Source: Magallana gigas
Taxonomy: Eukaryota
Assembly: GCF_963853765.1 (NCBI RefSeq)
Contig: NC_088856.1
Location: 53,878,001-53,942,000, forward strand
Length of the DNA stretch: 64,000 nt
Reading direction: 5' to 3'
Positions 25,966 to 38,206 of this stretch are shown piece by piece. Numbering within the stretch: position 1 is the stretch's first letter; each line of letters begins with the position of its first letter. The notes under the pieces were generated by a model. It did no database searches. It was not told the DNA's origin and was given only the letters and a program-made list of their open reading frames with translations. A program made the position numbers and the translations under genes.

Positions 25966-28562
25966 TCCATATATGATGAACATAAAACTTAAAACCAATG
26001 ATCTGGTGTTGTGAATTTTTATCGAATGTATTTAACGATTCTGAAGATATGTTTTGTGGAATCTAGAAAAGTAAATAAAAAAAACATGCATTGAAGTAGT
26101 CTTTTTTCTTAATCTTCAATCGTTTTAAATATTTAAAAAATGAGTGTGTGGTCATATTTAATACATAAACATATCAATTTTTAAACTTTTAACCATTGTA
26201 CATGCTTATTGATTGATAATACATGTAAATGTGCAAATGCTTGTAGGCGTATTGAATATATGTTTATTTTCTTTGCAAAAAAACAACAACATTTCTTTAT
26301 GTTCGCTTTTTTTGTGGTATATAAAATATTACAGTACGTGGTTTTCATAACTTAAATTGCTAAAAGTCATATCAATACATTACCACAAACACAAGTTATA
26401 ATGGTTATAAGGCTATAAGATTGTCCTATCCTTAATTTATACATACAGATATTCATTCTACATGTATATATTTTAAATCCAAATTGCTGACTATATCCGT
26501 TTAAGATGGCTGGATTGCTATGGCCATTTTCAGACTATATTCATATTCTAACGAGAAAGAGCTCTAAATAAAAGATGTAAGATTTTAAAGCTAAAGATAT
26601 ATATATTTTTTCTTTACTTGATAACAGTTTATGGTAGTCCTATACTCGGCACTGAATGGGCTCAATCATTAAAAGCTTAGCTTTAAATGATAAATATACA
26701 TTCTAGCAATACATATACAAAAGAAAATACGCATGTTTACATGCTAGTTTGTTTGTTATCACCTCTCAGACGGGTGTACCCCGTCCGTTTTTCCTAAAAA
26801 TAGTTACCAATTTTGGGAAAATTAGAACTGAACATACAAAATAGAGTATAAATATTTATTTAAGCCATATCTCATCAATAATTTTGCGCAAATTTTTGTA
26901 AGTAAGTACGCTTTATGGACCTGATGTATCAAAATAGAATACAAAAAATGCAATGCTAGTATCGCGTTTGGTAATTTTTTTACTATTTTATGGACTCAAA
27001 CTTTAATTCATGGTGTTTATTCTATAGATTGACATCGTAGAACAAAGATTTGGTAAAATAAATTATATGTTGACGGATTACTTTTCACGCTATAAGCTCT
27101 AAACCAAGTAGACCCTGACGAAAAAATCCGTAAAAATCACATTTTGCCACAGTTTTCTGCCTAGATCTGTCAACAATGTTAGATATCATTTAAACATTAA
27201 TTAATTGACGATTGATTAAATTCGAAATAGCGTCTGTCTCTTAATTTAAACCGGTTTTAGTAAAAGAAAAAGAAAATTTCGGGGGGGGGGGGGGGGGCAT
27301 CAAAACAAAGAAGATATAAGCAAACCTGAGATCCTGGTTAATCAGAAACTTCGTTTTTCATTTTACTTTAACACAATCGAGTTTCTCAACATTAATCATT
27401 TCTATCTCTCATAGAATATATTATATTACCGTTCTAATCGCTTATTATTGCCATAGTTTACAACAGCGATGTAGAGCAAAATCAATACCGGGTATCTAAA
27501 ACGCTTTGTAAAAGTCGAACCAATATTGTAAAATCCGTATTATGACGTAGTGCGATACTCGGACTACTTTAATTCTTATAAAATCATACCTAAGCATTCA
27601 TAAGGTACGTGTGATTGCTAATTTGCAGACCACACAGCAGGTCTCTTAATAACCGAGACTTGACGAGTGCAGTTATAGTTATTTGATAACATCATAAATA
27701 TAAACACTTTAAGGCAATGAATAATTATATAACTCAACGATCTACAACGAGCGTATCATTCTTTAACAAAAGATACAATTTTATATATATTTTTTAAAAT
27801 CGATATTCAGAGACGATATAATCCATGGTTTTATATCAAATATCTGATGATGTTCGATGCGAACTGCCAGTAATGCACTAATACACATGGGTATATCCCT
27901 CTTACTATTTTTAGAATCGATAGGACAACAAAGTAGTGCCTTTAAGCTATACTTGCAGAGAGTATGTACATTTATTTGGACATTTTAAACCAGAATGCTT
28001 GACACATGTCAGAAAAGGGGATTTGCAATTTTAAAAACAAGTGTCAAAATTGAATTATGATTTGAAAAAAAAGAATTGAAATAGTTTGATGTACACCCTT
28101 TCCAAAACTGAGAAATTCCCTAATTTTTCTTTCATTTTCAGAGTTTTTCAATACAGACGCATTTTGCCGGAAAACGAATCTGACTTCAAACCACGAAATT
28201 TTAACATGAAAGAGACAATTTGATGAGCTTTCATTCAAGAGGTCCCTCGAATGAATCCTTACGTTAACATTACCGCCTATGGAAAATGCATTAGTGGACC
28301 CTACCCACATAGAATTCTTGTCACGTGTCATTTTTGACAATAATTTTGCTATTTTCTATTGAAATGATGCATAACCACACTTATTAGGTTTACGATCATT
28401 TTCTGTAATATAAGCATCAATCAGTTTTTCATTCATTACTGGGCAGATGGCGCGGTCATTTTGCAACATATGCTCTATCCATGTATATCAAAGGTGTTAC
28501 GTTTAATACCTTACTATAAATAGAAGAGCGGTTTGTTTCAAGTGCACACCGACCTTTACACA

Positions 28563-28697
28563 ATGAACGCCGTGGTTCTACTGATTGCTGGGATGTCTGT
28601 CTGTGTGTCTGTACGAGCAGACGACACATACGTAGTTGGCGGGCTTGGTCCCACCAAGTTTGCCACCGAGGAGGTCCAGGACCTTGTCGACTTGGTA

Positions 28698-28746
<49 letters not shown>

Positions 28747-29644
28747 TGTTTTCTTTTACGTATCCTCACTTTCATCCTATTTTTCATTCTCTTTTTAAAT
28801 TAATTTTCAAGAACAACATGTAGATCTGCATGTGTGCGTTTAATTTAATTGATTTACTAATTAGAAATGTATTGCTTGGACAGTTGTTGAAATATGCAAC
28901 AAATTGATACACCCACTGCTGAGATATGTTTTTCTCTACAAGTTTTATTTTTCAAATAATTTTATTTAATCGGTCTAAAAATCTATGTTTTATTTATTGT
29001 ATTCACTTTGCCTGCTAAATAGACAAAATATCAATTATAATATATTTCAACTCACAGCTTCGAGAAGAAATTATTAGCGAGCTCCCCCTGGGGTACGACC
29101 AGGAGAAACCTCTCCCAGAATTCACCGCGCGCTTATACAGGGAACAGGTCGTCGCGGGAACAAACTTCTTTGTTAAGGTGAGTACATTCAGAAATCAACT
29201 AATATTCATGAGTAAGACATTCAATTTTNNNNNNNNNNNNNNNNNNNNNNNNNNNNNNNNNNNNNNNNNNNNNNNNNNNNNNNNNNNNNNNNNNNNNNNN
29301 NNNNNNNNNNNNNNNNNNNNNNNNNNNNNNNNNNNNNNNNNNNNNNNNNNNNNNNNNNNNNNNNNNNTCTTTGATTTTTTTTCCTGTATCAAATTACACA
29401 AATAATTTCATATGTTCTGCTTTTTTATGATGTAAAGCAATAAATGTGTTCCCAATTATATTAGATGCAAGATCAATTATAGTTTAAATAGTGGAAAAAC
29501 TGTAAATTACAAATTGAATTGCAGGTAGAGACTGGACCACTTCGATTCATTCACGTGAGAATTCACGCCGATCTCACGGGTGAGGCTCACGTGGTTGAGG
29601 TGCAGATTGGAAAAACAATGGGAGATTCATTGGAGTATTTCTAG
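28563..29644 (+). CDS. Secreted stefin-like cystatin copy 6, 123 aa, most divergent (exons 28563-28694, 29058-29177, 29525-29644)
   Basis: Signal MNAVVLLIAGMSVCVSVRA, VVGG trunk, QVVAGTNFFVK, FIHVRIHADLTGEAHVVEVQIGKTMGDSLEYF*; TATAAATA at 28515; N-gap in intron 2. Confidence 0.9.
28707..28740. repeat. (CT)n microsatellite in intron 1 of stefin copy 6
   Basis: Direct read. Confidence 0.95.
29229..29367. other. Assembly gap (139 N)
   Basis: Run of N. Confidence 1.
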
Positions 29645-29821
29645 AATGAATATTTTTTCTGTATTTAAATTTCTAAGAAATAAAATTCAGTCAATTGTAT
29701 CATAAACCGTCGTGTTCAATAAAAGTTATGGAGATGCATCCATTTTTAAAAAGTATCCGTCGAATTTTTGTTTCACTTATTAGTTTACACAATCATCTGT
29801 TATTCCGGTGAGCGTCATTAA

Positions 29822-30105
29822 GATGGCTCATTACACCTTGAAATACTTTCTTAAATAAGCAAAAAATTACTTGATTGTGGTAGATAGCATAAATGATAAG
29901 GATATCAGTCAAATAGAGGAAAAATATGCAATTTTGGATAAAGTGGGATAAAAAAAAATTATATTTTGATATGAACAAACCCCCATTTCGATTCGAACTC
30001 GTTACCGATACATGTACCTTAACCACTGAGCTATAACGATATTCAACCAAATAGATTGATACAAACAATTTAACAAAAATACATTTACAAGTGTAGTAAG
30101 GTACA
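29822..30105. mobile_element. Degenerate Kolobok-type MITE (same family as 63078-63409) with a minus-strand tRNA-like cassette
   Basis: ttaa|gatggctcattacaccttgaaata is related to ttaa|ggtgactcgctacaccttgaaata; minus-strand A-box TAGCTCAGTGG (30033-30023) and B-box GAGTTCGAATC (30000-29990). Confidence 0.6.
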
Positions 30106-31001
30106 GTAAAAGCTCAGCGGAAGAATAGATTAATTAACAGGTACATGTATGAAAAGTAATGACAACACATTGAATTAATCCCTCGCGGTGCTGTATTTAC
30201 AAGTAATTAATACCACATGTTGTCAGGACCAAACACACAGGGTCCAGAGCTGCGGGGTCCATTAATGAGGCTTAATATTAGTGGTCATTTTATAATACTT
30301 TCCTGTCTTTAGACACGGAAGAGGTTCATGAAGTTTTCCTTCAATATGATAATAGCAGTTTTAGTTATGAAAAAGACAGATAAATATCAGTTTGAATCAA
30401 AAAGTAATATTCCATGGTTATTGTCATGTAATAAACAAAGTCTCTGTTGATACTTTATCAGTGCAGACAAACAAATCCGTCAAAATAAATAACTTTTTTC
30501 CGAATTAATTGACTTTGGTATCTCAATCCGCTCGGATAAATGAGGATATCTCTACGCTATCTTCGTGTTTGTGTAAATAAGTGATTTAAACAAAGAAAGG
30601 GATTTTCATTAGTTTAATTAAAAGGTAAACCAGAAGAAAGGCAATTTTGAATTTTACATTTATTTTATACATGTAATATGTCATAAAGTAAATGTGATAA
30701 TCATACAATTAAATGACCTGTGAAAATTAAAAAAAAAAGATCACCAACGTTAACAGTTAAAGCAATAATTTAAAGTTATCCACAGAAAAAACAACACATA
30801 ACAAAGTAGCCACCTAAGCCACACACAGCCAGAACAATAGCAGAATATCCTTAACATACACGCAGCCCACCTGATCAAAACATGTCTGATGATCACATAT
30901 CGAATTTCAAAAAGAAATGCATTTATTTTTTATGTTTAACAATTATCCATTTAGACGATTGTGTTTGAATGTTTTGCCCTGCATCAGCATATGGCTTCAC
31001 A

Positions 31002-32168
31002 CTAGTTTCCTATCTTTTTCCTGAGGAATCTAAGCGACTGTTGTTTCTTGATGTCTTCCAGTTCCTGCAACAGTTCGCGCTCACGATCACGCAACTTCCG
31101 GGTTTCTTCATCTCCGACATTTTTGGCGGACCTTATTTGTCCGAGCTGACCTTTCACTCGATCCAATTCCCTTTTCAGTTTCTCAATTTCCGTCTGGAAT
31201 TTGGTTTCTATCTCTACACGTCTTTGTTCCTCTTCCGTTGCCCTGTCCTTTTCTTTCTTCAATTCTTCCGCCTTTCTGCGCAACTTCCCGCGCAGGCCTC
31301 CGATATCCGCCTCAAGTTTTTTAATCTCCTTTTCCTTGTTATCAACAATGGACGCCAAGTCGCGATTGATTTTCTCCTTCTCAAATTTCGCCTGCAGTAA
31401 TTTCTTCTCCAGCTGCAATCTCTTTAACTCTTGCTCTTTTCTGTTGAGCTCGTTCTGCATTTCTTTGATGGTAACCATCTTGTTTTCCAGCGCTTTTCCC
31501 GCGGCCTCCAGCGCCATTCTTTCAAACTCCGGCTTCAGTTGCTCCACCGCTAGTTTGACCATTTGTTTTGTGAAACTCCCAACAATCCTATCAGTAAAAC
31601 CAGAACTGGAATTAGGAATAAAAACTACTAGAATGCTGACTAATAAAAAATGTTTATCTCAATAATGACTGCATGATAAACTTCAATATTTAAGTTTGAA
31701 ATAATTAAGAGAGAAACTAGTTGTAGGTACTTTTTCCAATTCCCTTGATTTTTATTCATTCAATAAATATATATATACTTAGACTGACTAATAAATTACC
31801 CCATGCTTCTCCTAAATTCCTGGAATTCTCTCCCTTCATCTTGAGATAGCTCGTTGATTGCATGGGAAACTCGGTCTTTAAAAAAAAGGAAAATGAAATT
31901 CGAATATACATGTATTTACATAAATTGAAACTGGGTCACGTTTCGCAAATTCCAATATTTTAAAAGATTTTTAGTTTTCAGAGAATGATTTTTTTTTCAA
32001 TTCAACTCTTCAATTTCATAGCTGCTATCGCATTATATACTGAAAATCATACATGCACCAATGACCTCAAAAGACAATTCAAGGAATAAAACACATACGA
32101 GGAGTTCCGTTTCTAGAGACGCTGTGGGCCTCGTCATCCTTGTAACCATGGTACCCGTACGACGCCAT
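31002..32168 (-). CDS. Uncharacterised coiled-coil protein, 249 aa (coding exons 32168-32099, 31875-31800, 31605-31002; candidate 5'UTR exon ending at 32850)
   Basis: Phase-consistent GT-AG splicing (1, then 2) gives MASYGYHGYKDDEAHSVSRNGTPHRVSHAINELSQDEGREFQEFRRSMGSGFTDRIVGSFTKQMVKLAVEQLKPEFERM...FLRKKIGN*; the C-terminal ~170 aa are E/K/R/L heptad-rich; GC is higher than the flanks. Confidence 0.8.
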
Positions 32169-33899
32169 TCAGCTTTAAAATTGAAAACAAAAATGGTGAT
32201 GCTAGAGAGAGAGAGGGGGGGGGTGAGGGGTCTGTTAGTTCATTTAACAAGTAAAAAGACATAAAAACCGACATCAAATGAACTTACGAGATAAGAAGCT
32301 TTTGAAATGTTAATTCATTATACCGTGTAGCGAATTTAAAAACTTCATTTTCAATCTGCGGAACAGATGTTGGCTGATTTCGTTTTTTGTTCTTTTGGTT
32401 TGATCAGACAAATAAATAATACGTGGATAAGGCGTCCTTTCTCTATACAGTGTGTACAGAACTAAGATAACTAAATTCCTCACTTTGAATTCAAACATAA
32501 TACCCATAAATTTACGGTTGTTAAGCATCGATTTCGATCTTTTTAAAAGATTTAATAAAAAAAAACTAAACAAAAAAGCAAAAAAACAAAAATCATACAT
32601 ATAATACAATCAGAATAATATAGCTCAATATGAAAAATAAAATATATATTCTTGTACTGTATTAATTGTTCTCTCACTGTGAACATACAGGTAACAGCGT
32701 CAAATCAAGGAAAAAATTAACAACTCAAAAAAGATTTTTCCAATACAAAAACAGAATTACTTGTATTTCATAGCGATTGACCGCAGAATATAAGTAAGTA
32801 CCAAAGAGAAAGATGTCCTCAGACATCCATGAGTTCATTCTGCACTTACCTCATTCTAGTTGCCTTCTGCCTGTAAATTGGTTAGGGCTCTACTTTCGGG
32901 TCCACGTGAACAATGGCCCCAGAAACTCCCTTGTTCTTTATCGGCATGAAACCAAAAACGATCGAAGTCCCACAATGGGATTTATTTACCTGCCCGCTTG
33001 TTTTTGCCCGCGGTAATCACCTGATTTAAGATCACTGGCTGTTTGATTTGAGATAATTTGGTCATTTATTGCTCAACTTGGACGGGCGTCAAGAAGGATA
33101 GGGAGCTCCTTCAGATATCTTCATTTCGGTTCTAGTGCAATCGAAAAAAAAAGACCTGCAGAATGTTGGAGAAACGTCGATGAATGGGGTGTCAATGGCT
33201 CTATTGGAGAGACAATTGACAAGCTTGGGTGATAAAAACGTGGTATAAAATGAATTATGATTTATATATTGTTTACGTTTTTAATTCACCCATATTGCAC
33301 CGCGTACATACCAGAACATTAAAATTTTCAAACCAGCTACAAATTGAAATAATGTTTACTTATAACATTTCTATCATGGAAAACTTAATATGAAATTGTC
33401 CATTTTTCGCACAGATGACTATAAATCAAATATTATTACCGATTTAAACTTTGTATGACCATGATCAATCCACATTCACGGTGCTTTTAATTAAGGTGCT
33501 TGGAACAATTCGTCATAAGAAACGCAATTGTTCGCGCGTCCCGACGTGTTACCAAAACTTACGTTGTTACAACATGGACGTACAGTATATGGAACATCTT
33601 AATTTGACCATTTGATTTTAATCAACATATTGTTTCGAACAACTGACCACACTAAATGTTGATTGATTATAGTAAACAAGGTTTTAATTGATCAGGTGAC
33701 ACAAGGGTAACTCCCCGCTGTTCTTGTGATTGCTCCATACACAGAAAGGGTTGTGTTGATTTCTCTATCTTCTTACATAGTTTTTAATTCTGGGAAAAGT
33801 TGTTGATAAAAATATTATTGCTAAAGATGTCTAATGCAAAAGATATATAAATTGAACACAACAATACCTCGCTTATTCCATGCAGGATGGTAGACAGTT

Positions 33900-34135
33900 C
33901 TATAAAGTGAAACAATGTTGTTGCATGACAAATAAACAATAGAATGGTAGACAAAGCCCTGTAAAGTATAACAATATTGTAGACAAATAAGCGGCAGAAT
34001 GATCAACAGTGCAGTGTAAAGTGTAATAACATTGTAGACAAATAGGCTACAGAATGATTAACAGTGCACTGTAGAGTGTTACAATGTTGTAGACAAATAG
34101 GCTACAGAATGATTAACGGTGTAGTGTAAAGTTTA
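33900..34135. repeat. 55-bp tandem repeat, 3-4 degenerate copies
   Basis: ttgtagacaaata at 33977, 34032 and 34087. Confidence 0.8.
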
Positions 34136-34975
34136 ACAAGAGATGTTTGTGAAACACTTATGCCCCCCTCCCTTGGAAACATCCACAAAGAAAATGAACG
34201 TAAACTGCAATTAACTGGAATTTTTCTAAGTCCAAAGGTTATAACTCTGTCGAAAATTGCTCTATCATGCCCAAAATCAAACTTGACCTAGATATTATTT
34301 AGATAAACATTTATACTAAATTTCATATCAAAATGAGCGGAAACTGCAAATAACTGGAATTTTTCTAAGTCCAAGGACCATAACTCTGTCGAAAATTTCT
34401 CGATCGTACCAAGTATCATACTTGACCTAGATATTATCATGATAAACCTGTTTACCAAATTTCATTCCAATATGTTCATCCTCTGCGAAGAAAATGAGCG
34501 GACACTGCAAATAACTGGAATTTTTCTAAGTCCAAGGGCCATAACTCTGTCGAAAATTTCTCGATCGTACCCAATATCGAACTTGACCTAGATATTATCA
34601 TGATAAACCTGTATACCAAATTTCATTCCAATATGTTCATCCTCTGCGAAGAAAATCAGCGGAAACTGCAATTAACTGGAATTTTTTCTATGTCCAAGGG
34701 CCATAACTCTGTTGAAAATTGCTCGATCGTACCCAATATCGAACTTGACCTAGATATTATCATGATAAACCTGTATACTAAATTTCATTCCAATATGTTC
34801 ATCCTCTGCGAAGAAAATGAGCGGAAACTGCAATTAACTGGAATTGTTTCTATGTCCAAGGGCCATAACTCTGTTGAAAATTGCTCGATCGTACCCAATA
34901 TCGAACTTGACCTAGATATTATCATGATAAACCTGTATACTAAATTTCATTCCAATATGTTCATCCTCTGCAAAG
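34136..34975. mobile_element. 3'-truncated Helentron-type non-autonomous element with about five 161-162-bp satellite-like units
   Basis: Head aacaagagatgtttgtgaaacacttatgccccc; atgataaacctg at 34439, 34600, 34762 and 34924; no terminal hairpin at the right end. Confidence 0.7.
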
Positions 34976-36252
34976 AAATTATTTTGATTGTTTATGTTCT
35001 GCAGACAAATTCTTTATACATAGAGTAAAAACAAATTCCATGGTTGCCTCAAATTTGCATGCGAACCATACTTTTTTCCTCAGCTTCCTGAGTTACACAT
35101 GAAAACTAAGGACTAACACTTGCAAAAATTAAAACAAAGCTGCTCAAATGCAATCAAACTTTACTTGGCCTCATTATTTTTTTTTTTAAATCCACACTGA
35201 CATATAACAACAACGACAGATAATTTGAGAATATTTATCATATAAATTAAAGCACACAGATTAATTACATCTGCCTCTGTATAATCACCAGTTAAATACA
35301 ATATAATATGCAGTGACATATAGTTATTGTGGTCCACATAAATCAATTGCGTTATAAAGTTAAATGTGTTCTTGACAGACAATACCTGTCTGTAACAAAC
35401 ATCTGGGTGATCAAGACAATTTATCACTTCCGTCTACTTAGTGCAAGAGGAAGAGGAAGTGTTTTTAAAACACTATGTCCATACAAAAACAAAAGCTTAA
35501 GAAAACAAATTGGCCCTCTGACCTCTATCAGTGTCCATGACCTTTAAGCTGACAATGACCTCTGGTCTCTTTTTGAAAAAAATTAGATCAGAGTTTGTAA
35601 AGTTAACAAGACAGATGTTATTTGTAAACAGACAGCTGCAAACCTAAAACAGATATCAAAATTAATGCAATGAAAACTTAATGAATATGAATCAAAAAAA
35701 AGAGAAGACAACAAACAAAATTGTAAAAGAGCATCGCAAATAGGAATTAAAGCTAAAACCTTATCACTGCAAAAACACATTGGTGATAAAACCATAACCC
35801 CAGATTTACAAAACAGACCATGTTGATAATATCACTGTGGCATTTCCAATGCCTTCAAAATATTAAGAAAAAAAGAACTAGGCGAACATCTGTTTACATC
35901 AAAACAAACAAAACACAACTCTGGCTAAATGTTACATGTTCCTGACTTCATATTAGGATCACTCTTCACATACATTTACCGGGTAAATAGACTCTGGCTT
36001 CCCCCTCTCTGTGTCCTAACTAGACATTATAGCACCCAGTCACGGAGATGTCCTTCTCGGCGACTTGTGTTTCTGTTCTAAAGGGACACTTCACTGAATC
36101 CATCATTTTTGACATGTTTTTATACATACATATACTTAGAGTATTACTTTAGTGGCTATTCTATGAGAAAATTATAAATTAAAAGTAAACAGTATTTCTT
36201 AAAAGACAAAATAGTGGTACAACTTCAAAAGTATACTGAATCGTATCTTATA

Positions 36253-36498
36253 CTGTAGAATCTTTTAAATTCATGGGGGCTAGTTTTCCTGGTTTGTGGG
36301 TATTTTTGCTTATCCAAAAAATAAGTTTCATTCCTATAATTCATGGGAATGCAATTTTGTGAATGTGTCAGTTTTTAATTTCAGTAAAAATGATAAATCT
36401 TTCTAGATTTGTTTTCGTCTATGACGTAACTTTGTGGGGGATGGCTACCAATAAATACCACAAAAATTGAACCCCAATGAGTTTTACTTATTCCACAG
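36253..36498. mobile_element. TA-flanked MITE
   Basis: ta|ctgtagaat ... attccacag|ta; same terminal type as 43632-43846. Confidence 0.55.
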
Positions 36499-36855
36499 TA
36501 TCTATAATGTATTAGGTATTTTATACCAATGAACTTTGTGAATATTTTCACAATTATTTATAACCATAGACAACAAGTACATCAGACTTTTGATTTGTGA
36601 TTCACTGGTTCTGGCTCAGGACAAAAATCATGCAATAGTGGATGATTACCGTTTCACATCTTATGAGAGTAACAAAACTACAGCATCTCTAGAAGATTAA
36701 AATACAACTTTGTACAAGATTAAAATATCAAAGCTTACCCTTTTCTCTGACTTTTTTGGATTAATCTGATTTTTCCTAAACATCTATGCATAAATATATA
36801 TATATATTCTTCAACAAAAGGCCATTAAAATTCTTGATTTTTTTTTTAAATCTCT

Positions 36856-36859
36856 CGTG

Positions 36860-36902
<43 letters not shown>

Positions 36903-36906
36903 ACAT
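36856..36906. repeat. Compound (CT)n(CA)n microsatellite
   Basis: Direct read. Confidence 0.95.
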
Positions 36907-38206
36907 AAAACATGGGCTCATATCATTTCAATGCTCAAAAATGCATCAGTAAGGATTGTCACTGTCTTGATATCACACCTAAAATCGTAAAACACATCTA
37001 AAGCCCACAAGTTGTAAAATGGAAACTCTCTTAATAAAACATTGAACCTTCTTGGTCTATTATCCATTCTTGAACTAACCATAACCAGAAACTATATCCA
37101 AAATATCCACTACATGTAGTTTCTGAATACTGTTTAATGAATATGTAACATTAATGTAAACTGTTACTTGCATCTTTTGATACAGAATAAAAAACTTTTG
37201 GCAGAATTTTATTAAAAGACATGTTCCATAACTTTACATGGTAAAAATTCAGTGGTTAAAATTTTAGCAAGCAACTGCCCTATTACAACTATGGGTTAAC
37301 CTAAGCACCCTGCTAATTAGCTAACTTGCTAATACTGTACAAATAATCAAAAAATTTTTACATGCCTGCAATTTCTGCTTTTTCTTAAAGAGTATACTGC
37401 ATAGTCACAAGGTACCATGTTTTGTGTCTAACAAAAGTGTGTATATTTAGTGAATAAGTCAAAGTTCTTGGAAATTTCACAGAGTGTTTTCAGAAAGCCA
37501 CAGTCGAATGTACTTTCACACAAGCAAATAAAGCAGAAAAAAATAATCCTAAAAACTACTGACAACATTGAATGTTCCCCAAACACTAGCAAAGATAGAT
37601 ATGGCACTTCACAAACAAATGTACAAGTTTCTTATAATACTGCCTTAAAAGGCCACAACAATTCGTCAATACATTTCTTGCAAAAAATATCAAGGTAATA
37701 AAATAGAGCCAAAATTCACAATTAACACTAGGTGTTCAATTTTCCTCTCTGTCCCCTTTCTCTTTGATTAAGTAAATATGTGCTGACAATGATTTAGATG
37801 CAAAACATAAAAACCAGTAATAAATACAACAACTTCATCTAGTATCTTGAAAATTAACCATGCATGCAGCTTTAAATTTTTTTAATCTTCATTCTTCATG
37901 TGAATACAAAGTAACTTCCTCTTTAGATGTGTGTCAGGTTGTTTCTTTATTGCTTATTAAGTTGACATTTATTCCTCATGAATGCCCTTACTTATAAACC
38001 TGTTCATACTTTCCTAAATTCATACTTAATTTTACACATGAATTTAAAATTCCTTGATGTTCATATGTCTGTTTTCCCTCTTCATCTGTCTGGTAAACTT
38101 CCTTCCTCTTCTGTTATTTTAAACTTCCTTTTTCTTCTTCTGTGTACTTATACATTCTTCTACACTTTCTATTTCACTTACATAAGTAGTTAACTTCCTC
38201 TTTAGT

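Larger units (their letters stand above)
12506..28330 (+). repeat. Tandem segmental triplication, each unit carrying one stefin gene (units 12506-16927, 16928-21797, 21798-28330)
   Basis: aagtatactgagtat...catacatgtctgttatgcatccagattgatgggtcgg starts each unit and cacatagaattcttgtcacgtgtca ends each; the interiors are colinear apart from TE insertions and deletions. Confidence 0.9.

Noticed and set aside
26393-28305. Assigning the two insertions in unit 3 to named TE superfamilies
   Set aside because: They clearly interrupt the unit, but I could not identify convincing TIRs, TSDs or coding remnants.
29178-29405. ORFs spanning N-runs (also 56652-56978)
   Set aside because: Artefacts of assembly gaps.
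30969-31665. Plus-strand ORFs of 143 and 154 aa
   Set aside because: Antisense shadows of the coiled-coil exon.
34600-35028. 142-aa ORF with 54-aa repeats
   Set aside because: Produced by the 162-bp satellite-like monomer (a multiple of 3); no coding evidence.
37450-38193. Short plus-strand ORFs downstream of the NCKIPSD stop
   Set aside because: AT-rich presumptive 3'UTR with no splice or homology support.
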